53,674 nucleotides of DNA from a virus (Duplodnaviria > Caudoviricetes). Both the position numbers and the translations under genes were made by a program. The stretch lies in IMG/VR virus record IMGVR_UViG_3300037296_000160, positions 1-53,674 of that record; one strand, given 5' to 3'. Positions 8,946 to 16,536 of the stretch are shown in pieces. The first letter of the stretch is position 1; each line of letters starts with the position of its first letter. A model generated the notes under the pieces. The model saw only the letters and a list, made by a program, of their open reading frames with translations. It had not been told where the DNA came from and did no database searches.

Positions 8946-10273
8946 GCACACAATTCCCCCGCCGCCCTGATATCTGCATCTTTCATTCACCTTGTAACGA
9001 CGGATTTGCCGCCGCGTGGGCCGTCTGGTCGCGCTTTGGCGACTATCCCGAATACATGCCCATGCAGCACGGCCAACGGCCCCTGCCAGACCCGCTGGAA
9101 TACCGCGATCAACATATCCTGTTCGTAGACTTTAGCCTGCCCCTGTCAGACCTCGAAGTCATGGCAAAGGATGCGGCCAGTATCACGATCCTCGATCACC
9201 ACGCGACCGCAGCCGCCGCGCTTGTCAGCTTGCCCCCCATGGACAAAGACCTTGGCGGGATCAGCAACAACTATGATCCGAGTATCCACCCCGAATGGGC
9301 CACGAACGTGCGCGTGGGCTTTGACATGGAACATTCTGGCGCGGCGCTGGCGTGGCAGTATATCCAACCCGGCAAACCCATCCCGCGCTTGATCCACCAC
9401 GTCCAAGGCCGCGATCTATGGCTCAAGGATGACGACATGCACGATATGGTTCATGCCGTCGTGGGCCTGCGCCTATCACGCCACCAGAACCTATCTGACC
9501 AATTTGAAGCCTTTTCCCGACTTAGCCACGAAATAGAGGCCAGCCCTGACGCCATTGTGGCCGAGGCTGAAATCCTGGCCGATCAGCGGGCCATGTTTGT
9601 GGCGCAGATCGCAGAGACAGCCATCGACGTGAACATCGCAGGGCACGTCGTTCCCGTGGTCAGCGCGCCCTATGCGCTTGTATCCGACGTCTGCCATGCC
9701 TTGCTCAAGGAAGACCCCAAAGCGCCCTTTGCCGCCGCCGTGGTCCACGCCTATGGCAACACCAACATATCCATGCGGTCGGACAATGACCGGCTGGACG
9801 TGGGCTGCATCGCGGCCACCTATGGCGGGGGCGGGCATCGCAATGCGGCCGGTTTTCAAGCGCCGTGGTTCCTGTGGCCCATGCAGATCGAGAACATGGC
9901 CGCATCGCTGGAAGACAAGCCTTTGAAGCCGGTGAAGCTGTCCAATCTTGCGATACAAATTGCTGACATGGTCGAGGTAATCGACATGGTTATGGTGCGA
10001 GTGTTCCCCGAACTGACATGCCGCGCCCGCATCGACGTAGAGGACCGGCCCGCAACGCCATCGGGCTACAAGACGGCAAAGGCCACCGTGTCAATCGAGA
10101 CAAGCATCGACGGCAAACACATAGAAACCTTTACCGAGGCGTATCGCGTCGTTCGCCAAAAAGACGGCACCATCCCAAGGGATCACGTTGAGGCAATCAT
10201 ATCACTCGCCTGCAATATGGGCCACGGCCAGATATGCCCGTCAACGGGCCTGCAAGATATGGTGGACGCCTAA
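8942..10273 (+). CDS. DHH/DHHA1-family phosphoesterase with C-terminal extension
   Basis: Motifs HSPCNDGFAAAW, FVDFS, ILDHH, ISMRS and GGGGHRNAAG; ATG 8942 overlaps the upstream stop. Confidence 0.88.
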   Translation: MSTQFPRRPDICIFHSPCNDGFAAAWAVWSRFGDYPEYMPMQHGQRPLPDPLEYRDQHILFVDFSLPLSDLEVMAKDAASITILDHHATAAAALVSLPPMDKDLGGISNNYDPSIHPEWATNVRVGFDMEHSGAALAWQYIQPGKPIPRLIHHVQGRDLWLKDDDMHDMVHAVVGLRLSRHQNLSDQFEAFSRLSHEIEASPDAIVAEAEILADQRAMFVAQIAETAIDVNIAGHVVPVVSAPYALVSDVCHALLKEDPKAPFAAAVVHAYGNTNISMRSDNDRLDVGCIAATYGGGGHRNAAGFQAPWFLWPMQIENMAASLEDKPLKPVKLSNLAIQIADMVEVIDMVMVRVFPELTCRARIDVEDRPATPSGYKTAKATVSIETSIDGKHIETFTEAYRVVRQKDGTIPRDHVEAIISLACNMGHGQICPSTGLQDMVDA

Positions 10274-10620
10274 TGGCGCGGCACCAACTGCCTGACCGTC
10301 GGCCAGCCGTTACCGTGCTGGCCACATGGCAGACCGAAGGGGGAGGTCATAAAATCCACCTGACGGCAGGCTATGACCTCGAAGGCCGCTTGCGCGAAGT
10401 CTTCTATGCCGACGGCCAGAAAACCGGCGCTGGGCTGCGCGACGTCGTGCAAGATGCTTGTGTTCTGGTGTCGCTGCTTTTGCAGCATGACGTGCCGCTC
10501 GATCAGATCGCCAAGAGCATGGCAAGCGAGACGATCTATTTTAAGACGGTGCCGACAACGATCATCGGCACCATCGTTCGGGCGCTGGGCGATTTGGATA
10601 TCGTGCAGCCCCCCGCATAA
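10273..10620 (+). CDS. Stand-alone TSCPD-like domain (resembles the class II ribonucleotide reductase C-terminal domain)
   Basis: R..LPDRR...KIHLTAG....GRLREVF...K.G...LVSLLLQHDVPL pattern; TAATG coupling. Confidence 0.7.
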   Translation: MARHQLPDRRPAVTVLATWQTEGGGHKIHLTAGYDLEGRLREVFYADGQKTGAGLRDVVQDACVLVSLLLQHDVPLDQIAKSMASETIYFKTVPTTIIGTIVRALGDLDIVQPPA

Positions 10621-10635
10621 TAGGATTTATGTAAA

Positions 10636-10803
10636 CTAGCGCGAATGGTAGGTGTCAGACCGGGCCTTGAGAAAAGCCCCGGTCGCACGGCCAGCCGCAT
10701 CCCCGGCAATGTTTGGCAACAGCCAGACGGCCAGCAAGACAGCCACCGCAACAACACCCCAGAACTGTGCGCCGCGCTTGGGCGCACGATCAGGATTTTC
10801 CAT
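10636..10803 (-). CDS. Small single-TM membrane protein at the end of the partition operon
   Basis: MENPDRAPKRGAQFWGVVAVAVLLAVWLLP...; GGAGG SD (CCTCC at 10810-14); overlaps the end of the RHH gene. Confidence 0.55.
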   Translation of the reverse strand: MENPDRAPKRGAQFWGVVAVAVLLAVWLLPNIAGDAAGRATGAFLKARSDTYHSR

Positions 10804-11029
10804 ACTTGGCCTCCAACAGATCAATCGCCTCGATCAACAGCGCGCGCACGTTCTTACCCTCTAATTCCAAAGCAAGCCGCCCGTAGCGTTTGACAATATC
10901 CGAAGGCACCTTGGCCCCCAGATGCTTTGCGTGGGCGTCGTCGGCTACCGTGCGATCTTGTGACGTATTGTCGGGCATTGTGGCCGTGCTGCGTGTCGGG
11001 GCTGCGCCCAAGGCGGGTTTCTTCGCCAT
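10790..11029 (-). CDS. Small ParG-like ribbon-helix-helix centromere-binding protein (type Ib partition)
   Basis: 79 aa directly after parA; flexible N-terminus, then LGAKVPSDIVKRYGRLALE..KNVRALLIEAIDLL (strand-helix-helix pattern). Confidence 0.75.
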   Translation of the reverse strand: MAKKPALGAAPTRSTATMPDNTSQDRTVADDAHAKHLGAKVPSDIVKRYGRLALELEGKNVRALLIEAIDLLEAKYGKS

Positions 11030-11034
11030 CGTTG

Positions 11035-11685
11035 TTACTCCTGTGTGGGCTGGGCGACGCCAGCAAAGGTAAAGATTGCGTCGGCCAGCGCGCGCGCCTC
11101 GGTATCGACGCTGGCAAAGCCCGTCTCACTGGCGCAGCCGCCCCGGTTATGGGCTTGGCGCACAGACGGCATTTCACGCATGGCAGGCAATAGCATGGCG
11201 CAGCCAGTGGTGCGCAGGTAGCGTTGGGCTTCTTCCAACTCACTGCCCCCGGTGCGGGCGCGGCAGAACGCATAAGCGATCCGGTCAGCAGGCACACCCT
11301 TGTCGATCAACTCATAGGCCGCGAGAACCTGCGGGCGCAGGTCGTCCTCACTCAAGCCCGTCGGCATCACCACCGTATGCGCCGCCTTGGCGACGTCTAA
11401 GCTGCGCTTGTCCATGAACGCGGGGGTGTCGATAACCAAAAGGTCGCAAGCGCCGACGTAGGCCAGCGCAGCTTGCGGGGTGCGGCATTTCTCTACGGCG
11501 ATATCGGGGTCTAACTCTGCCGCGTCCCGCCGCTGTTTCCACTCGACCGACGTGCCCTGACCGGGATCGAGGTCGCACAAGCGGACAGACAGGCCGCGCT
11601 TGGCCCCTTCAACCGCCAGCAAGCGGGCTATGGTCGATTTTCCGACGCCGCCTTTTTGGCCGATTGTTGCGATAATCGTAGTCAT
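11035..11685 (-). CDS. parA: ParA partition ATPase (short, type Ib)
   Basis: Deviant Walker A GQKGGVGKST, DLDPGQG and LVIDTP; no N-terminal HTH. Confidence 0.93.
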   Translation of the reverse strand: MTTIIATIGQKGGVGKSTIARLLAVEGAKRGLSVRLCDLDPGQGTSVEWKQRRDAAELDPDIAVEKCRTPQAALAYVGACDLLVIDTPAFMDKRSLDVAKAAHTVVMPTGLSEDDLRPQVLAAYELIDKGVPADRIAYAFCRARTGGSELEEAQRYLRTTGCAMLLPAMREMPSVRQAHNRGGCASETGFASVDTEARALADAIFTFAGVAQPTQE

Positions 11686-11722
11686 GCGGCACCCTATGTT
11701 GGTTTGTTCCATCTAACCAATA

Positions 11723-11745
11723 GTGGTTTCGTGGTCGCGTGGTCA
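11723..11745 (-). promoter_or_regulatory. 8-bp-period ACCAC array over the putative parA promoter (candidate parS/operator)
   Basis: GTGGT at 11723, 11731 and 11739; the minus strand reads TTGACC-ACGCG-ACCACGAA-ACCAC (-35-like hexamer). Confidence 0.6.
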
Positions 11746-12591
11746 AGACAATGCTTGTGCCGTTCCCTCGATCATCTGGCTAGGATCATCCCAATGCAGC
11801 AGGTATCCGGTGACGATCCGTTTTTCGACAACAGGCTCGACCTCCACTTGAAACGGGGCCAGCGCGTTGACGTGTTTGACCGCAGGGGCAATAGCGTAGC
11901 GCCAAAGATCATTGGACGACGCCAGCTTGCCGCGCGGCACCCCCAGAACGATATCGCGCATCTTGGCGGGTTTGAACAATTCGGACCTGACGTGCCGCAT
12001 ATTGATCCGCCGCGCCGTGACCTCGAACATGCGGTAAGCATACTTGCTGGGAAGCTGGGCCATTAGGTCCACATCGAGCATCCCCCAAAAGGTGCTGCGA
12101 TACATGACGTCAAAGTAATCGCGATCATAACTATACCGCAAAAAGCCAAAGGGCACGTCGGGCGCAAGACTGTCAGCCTCGTCTGGCCTGACGCTGCCGC
12201 CATGCTTCACGCTGCCAAGTTTCTGAACAGACACGAAGCCTCCGCGCGTATCGCGGACCTGCATGACCGTCTTTTGTAATCGCTTAAGGCTTTTGAATAC
12301 CCGGTCGTTATCGCTGCGCCCGCGTCGCAAGGCACTCATGGGAATCATGAAGTCCGTTAGGCCGCGTTGCACCCTGTCCCGCTGTTCCAGCGCCCCGCGC
12401 AAAAGGCGGTTCTCAATATCGAGGTCTGCCTTCGTCAGCTTATCCAAGCCGTCGATGCTAAAGTCGATCAATTCACCGGGCTTAGCCAAGTTACCCGGCG
12501 GCGTATTCGCCAGCAGAGCGGGTATCATAGACGCCTGCCGTTCTTCACGATCCTGCTTCATCGCGCCAGAGCGAGTTTTGGGGGGGGTCAT
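11743..12591 (-). CDS. Plasmid replication initiator, Rep_3 (winged-helix) family; alternative start ATG 12561
   Basis: SLKRLQKT..., LPSKYAYRMFE..., LGVP.GK.....DL.R.AI.PAV..VN pattern typical of Rep_3 initiators; adjacent iterons. Confidence 0.82.
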   Translation of the reverse strand: MTPPKTRSGAMKQDREERQASMIPALLANTPPGNLAKPGELIDFSIDGLDKLTKADLDIENRLLRGALEQRDRVQRGLTDFMIPMSALRRGRSDNDRVFKSLKRLQKTVMQVRDTRGGFVSVQKLGSVKHGGSVRPDEADSLAPDVPFGFLRYSYDRDYFDVMYRSTFWGMLDVDLMAQLPSKYAYRMFEVTARRINMRHVRSELFKPAKMRDIVLGVPRGKLASSNDLWRYAIAPAVKHVNALAPFQVEVEPVVEKRIVTGYLLHWDDPSQMIEGTAQALS

Positions 12592-12743
12592 ATTGGGCCT
12601 GCTCGCCGTTAAATGTTACTGAGACGCTATCAGCGTGGGCAAAACCACGCAAGCGAAAGGAGAAATTAGCGAAAGCGCCAATTATTCTTGGCGCCCTTGT
12701 AGAACCAGATCAAAAAAAAGCGACTTTGCTTATTTTATCCACA

Positions 12744-12826
12744 CCCCCCCAATAACTCGCTAGAACCCCCCCAAAAACTCGCCCAAACCCCCCCAATAAC
12801 TCGCTGAACCCCCCCCAAAAACTCGC
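12744..12826. repeat. Iteron array: four 22-bp-period repeats CCCCCCCAA(T/A)AACTCGC
   Basis: AA(T/A)AACTCGC begins at 12751, 12773, 12795 and 12817; a shorter inverted copy lies at 12571-12587. Confidence 0.9.
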
Positions 12827-12900
12827 CCAGATCAGCTTTTTTTTATGTATTTTCAATAAGATAACTTTTGGGAATATAGAATATAAGAATATAAGAAACG
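12827..12900. other. AT-rich DNA-unwinding element of the plasmid-type origin
   Basis: Strongly AT-rich tract next to the iterons in an otherwise GC-rich genome. Confidence 0.7.
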
Positions 12901-13037
12901 CCAGAAGGTCACAAAAGGCGCAATGAGGCATGGATCAACGATAAGGCGAACACGCGAAGGAACGGTTCAACTTGAAATGAAACCGAAACCACGCTTAGAA
13001 CGTGTCTAATTGACGCCAGCGGCCACGGGAGTTTGCC

Positions 13038-13259
13038 TTGAGCAAGACAGATACACTGATAGCGCCAGAAGGCGCGAAGGTCAGCGCCCGCAAGGCACCG
13101 ATGCAAACTGTAATGGCGGGGGCAGCTACAGCACGGCCATCACAGCGCAAGGCCATGTTGGACGTGCTTAGAGCAGTGACGCTTAACGACGACCCGCAAA
13201 AGCGGCGAGAATTGTTGTCTGGTCTTTCAGCAAAGCTAATTCCGCATCGTCCAAACTAG
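13038..13259 (+). CDS. Small hypothetical protein
   Basis: GGGAG SD before the TTG start; 73 aa; 3' end overlaps the convergent repressor-like gene. Confidence 0.45.
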   Translation: MSKTDTLIAPEGAKVSARKAPMQTVMAGAATARPSQRKAMLDVLRAVTLNDDPQKRRELLSGLSAKLIPHRPN

Positions 13260-13617
13260 ACGCTAAGTCGAAGATTTCGATCATGTCGCCAATGACCTTA
13301 CGGTCGCCCAGCATTTCCATCCAATGCTGCAATGCGATTGCTTCATCATCGGGCATATCACTGACCGCCTGACAGACCCATCGCCGCGCTTTTGCGCCTT
13401 CCGATTGGTCCGCATCGTCAACGAGGTCGGCCACGCGCAGCCCAAGGCGATCCATCAAAGCAATGCCAAGATTGAATGAGAACCGTGACGTATCGCCGCG
13501 CAGGAAGCGATAAACAGCGTCGGGCGGGCCTTCCACCAGATCGCGTCTGTTAATTTTCTTGTCTGCCGTGCCGTCCAAAACGTGTTGGCGCAATCGGTCT
13601 GAATAATTTTCCGTCAC
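13183..13617 (-). CDS. Putative XRE/HTH repressor (CI-like, no S24 peptidase domain seen)
   Basis: INRRDLVEG..DAVYRFLRGD...FSFNLGIALMDRLGLRVADL (HTH-like); GTG 13617 with AGGAG SD; divergent from terS. Confidence 0.6.
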   Translation of the reverse strand: MTENYSDRLRQHVLDGTADKKINRRDLVEGPPDAVYRFLRGDTSRFSFNLGIALMDRLGLRVADLVDDADQSEGAKARRWVCQAVSDMPDDEAIALQHWMEMLGDRKVIGDMIEIFDLASSLDDAELALLKDQTTILAAFAGRR

Positions 13618-13635
13618 TGGAAACTCCTGTCTCAC

Positions 13636-13847
13636 AGATTTTCATATGTGCAAATAATTGGCCGTATTAAAGTCTTTAAGCGTATATACCTAACTTTAGG
13701 CGGAAATATGGCCGCATTGGTATAGGTTTTCGGCACAAACGTATAATTTAGGCGGCACTGTCAGCAGATGTGCAGATAGTTGATCCTTGCTTTTTACCAT
13801 AATTTGCAGATATGCAGATTGTCGGTAGTCGGCAGGATATTCGACAC
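13636..13847. promoter_or_regulatory. Divergent control region with paired TGCA(G/A)AT octamer repeats
   Basis: AT-rich; motif at 13649, 13763/13771 and 13805/13813; TATAAT at 13742. Confidence 0.55.
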
Positions 13848-14405
13848 ATGGCAAAATCAGCACTCACGCCGAAGCGCAAACGCTTTTGCGAGTTATACGT
13901 CCTCCACGGCAACGCCACCAAAGCGGCCATCGAGGCGGGATACTCTGAGAAAACGGCGCGATCTATCGCAGCCGAAATGAGAGCCATTCCCGAAGTACAG
14001 GCGCACATCGACCTACTCATAGCCGAACAGAGCCAACGCACCGGGATCGACGCCGACAGCGTCCTAAAAGAGATTGCCAAGATCGCCTTTGCGAACATGG
14101 GCGACTTTATGAAGTTTGACGAAGCCGGGAACCTGTCAGGTCTGTCCGTGGACGGCCTGTCAGACGACCAGCTTGCCGCGATCACCGACTTTTCAACCGA
14201 CGTTGTGATTGAGTTTCCAGACGGCAAGGACGGCGATGCGGTCTATGTCCGCAAGACCCGCCTCAAGCTGGGCAACAAGGGCACCGCCCTGCGCGATCTG
14301 GGCAACCACCTTGGCCTATTCAAGAAGGCCGAGGGCGACGACATGGCCAAGCTGTTGCGCGACCTTGTGTCTGATAAAGCCCTGCCCCCCGGTTCGTTGA
14401 ACTGA
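13848..14405 (+). CDS. terS: Terminase small subunit
   Basis: LTPKRKRFCELY...NATKAAIEAGYSEKTA motif; directly upstream of terL. Confidence 0.93.
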   Translation: MAKSALTPKRKRFCELYVLHGNATKAAIEAGYSEKTARSIAAEMRAIPEVQAHIDLLIAEQSQRTGIDADSVLKEIAKIAFANMGDFMKFDEAGNLSGLSVDGLSDDQLAAITDFSTDVVIEFPDGKDGDAVYVRKTRLKLGNKGTALRDLGNHLGLFKKAEGDDMAKLLRDLVSDKALPPGSLN

Positions 14406-16105
14406 TGGATGCGCAAAGGGCCATTGCACATACCACCCGACGCGAGACGCCAAGGGCGCGCGACTTGCGGCGCACCCGCATGGCCCCTGCCCGCGCCATG
14501 AGTAAGCACGACCACCTCCCTTGGCCCGAAAACGCCGTAGACCCCGATTTTGTGCCCACCACCGGGCAGGAATTGCTGACCTGCCTGCGCAGCAAGCGGT
14601 GGCGTCTGTATTCGGGCAGGCTTTACAAGATCATCGTCAAAGACAACGAAGACCCCGATGACGAGGGCGTCGTCCTGCCGTTCGCCCCGTGGGCCGAGCA
14701 GACGCAGTATTTCCTAGAGCCAGCCTTGCGCCGTCTGTTGCTCAAGGCCCGCCAGCTTGGCTTTACGACGGCCATCGCCATCGAAATGCTCGACCACGCG
14801 CTTTGGGAAAGCGATCAGCGGTGCGCCATTGTCGCGCAGTCCAATGAGGCGATGGAGGCTATCTTTCGGGATAAGATCATCTTCGCCTACGACAACCTGC
14901 CCCCAATCGTTCGCGCCATGGTGCCCTACATCAAGCGCACCGAACGCATGATCCAGTTTGAGAACAACTCCAACATTCGCGTTGCCCTGTCCTTCCGGTC
15001 TGGAACGCTGAACCGCCTGCACGTTTCCGAGTTTGGCAAGATCAGCGCCAAGACCCCGAAGCGCGCCAAAGAGATCGTTTCGGGATCGTTCCCCGCAGTC
15101 GTGCCGTCTGGACAGGCAACGATTGAAAGCACCGCCGAGGGCAAGGGCGGCGAGTTTCACAAGATATCAGAGAGAGCGCGCAAAAGGGCCGATGACCCGC
15201 GCCCGCTGGCCGCGAAAGAGTGGAAGTTTATGTTTTTCGCATGGTGGCAGGCAAAGACCAACGAAGTGGACCCCACGGGCGTCATCATCAGCGATGAAGA
15301 CCATGAATACTTCAACGGCCTAGAGGAAGCCTTGGGCATCCTACTGCCGAACCGCAAGCGCGCTTGGTATGTCCTGACCCGCGATGACGAACTTGGCGGC
15401 GATGCGGCGATGATGTGGGCAGAGCATCCATCCACCCCGCAAGAGTCTTGGCAGAAGGATCGCAAAGGCCACTACTACGCCAAACAGATGCTAAGTGCCC
15501 GCGCCAACAAGCACGTCGGCCTGTTTCCCCCGGTCAAAGGCGTCCCGTGCATGGGCGTCTGGGATATCGGCCACACCGACGGCACCGGCCTATTCTTGTT
15601 CCAAGAGGTTCTAGGGCACCATCGCTTTGTCGCCTACATCGAGGGCTGGGAAGAACCCTATGACTACTACACGCGGCGCATGGTGCAGACCGGCCTCGTG
15701 TTGGGCACCCAATACCTGCCGCATGACGCTGACAACCACATCATGCTCAAGGATATCACCACGACGCCGCGCACGATGCTGCAAGAACTCTTGCCAACCG
15801 TCCCGTTCGTCACGGTCCAGCGCATCCCCGAAAAGCCCCTGCAACATGCCCTCGTGCGCAAGCACTTTGAATTGATCCGCTGGCACCAGCCGGGGGAGGG
15901 CATGGAGGACGCCCTCGAACACATCGACAACTATCAGAAGTCTTGGAACACGGTCACGGCCCAATTCAACGACACCCCCCTCAAAAATGAAGCAACCGAG
16001 TGTGCCGACGCGCTGGGCATCTACGCGCAGGTCGTTGAGGCCGGTGCATTTGCGATCACCAGCCGCCGCCGCCCACGCCGCCCCAAAGGAGGCAAAACCC
16101 TATGA
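14405..16105 (+). CDS. terL: Terminase large subunit (start could be 14498)
   Basis: LKARQLGFTT (Walker A), LHVSEFG (Walker B), ESTAEG, WDIG nuclease motif and LPHDA. Confidence 0.95.
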   Translation: MDAQRAIAHTTRRETPRARDLRRTRMAPARAMSKHDHLPWPENAVDPDFVPTTGQELLTCLRSKRWRLYSGRLYKIIVKDNEDPDDEGVVLPFAPWAEQTQYFLEPALRRLLLKARQLGFTTAIAIEMLDHALWESDQRCAIVAQSNEAMEAIFRDKIIFAYDNLPPIVRAMVPYIKRTERMIQFENNSNIRVALSFRSGTLNRLHVSEFGKISAKTPKRAKEIVSGSFPAVVPSGQATIESTAEGKGGEFHKISERARKRADDPRPLAAKEWKFMFFAWWQAKTNEVDPTGVIISDEDHEYFNGLEEALGILLPNRKRAWYVLTRDDELGGDAAMMWAEHPSTPQESWQKDRKGHYYAKQMLSARANKHVGLFPPVKGVPCMGVWDIGHTDGTGLFLFQEVLGHHRFVAYIEGWEEPYDYYTRRMVQTGLVLGTQYLPHDADNHIMLKDITTTPRTMLQELLPTVPFVTVQRIPEKPLQHALVRKHFELIRWHQPGEGMEDALEHIDNYQKSWNTVTAQFNDTPLKNEATECADALGIYAQVVEAGAFAITSRRRPRRPKGGKTL

Positions 16106-16536
16106 GTTATGGAATTGATCTGGAACTGGCCCACGCCGAGTTTGACCGAGGCGACCTGCGCGTCACGATGACATGGCTGTTCGAGGGGGCCGACCGGGCC
16201 ACCCCGCAGCCCTGCATGGTCCTGTCCCGCAGCGTCGAGCGCCAAGACCGCATGAAAATGCCCGTCGTCGTCACACTGGATAACGCTTGGCGTTGGGACC
16301 CCGCGACGTGGATCGAGTTTGACACCATGGAGCGCGCGTCTGGCTTTGCCGACAGCCTTGGTTTCGCGGTGAACAAACAGACCGTCATCACCATCGCGGG
16401 CCTGATTAACGACTACCTCGATGAATTGCTCACCATGCCCGTCGCCCCGCGCGTGAAGCAGACCAAACAAGCCGAAATGACGGTCATCAACCGCAACAGT
16501 GGCGAACAAATGGAAGTGGAGGTTTTGACGCGATGA
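16102..16536 (+). CDS. Hypothetical protein between terL and portal
   Basis: AGGAGG SD, ATGA coupling on both sides, coding-like codon bias. Confidence 0.8.
   Translation: MSYGIDLELAHAEFDRGDLRVTMTWLFEGADRATPQPCMVLSRSVERQDRMKMPVVVTLDNAWRWDPATWIEFDTMERASGFADSLGFAVNKQTVITIAGLINDYLDELLTMPVAPRVKQTKQAEMTVINRNSGEQMEVEVLTR

Noticed and set aside
12744-12826. CRISPR array
   Set aside because: Tandem 22-bp units without unique spacers, no cas genes, and next to rep: these are iterons.
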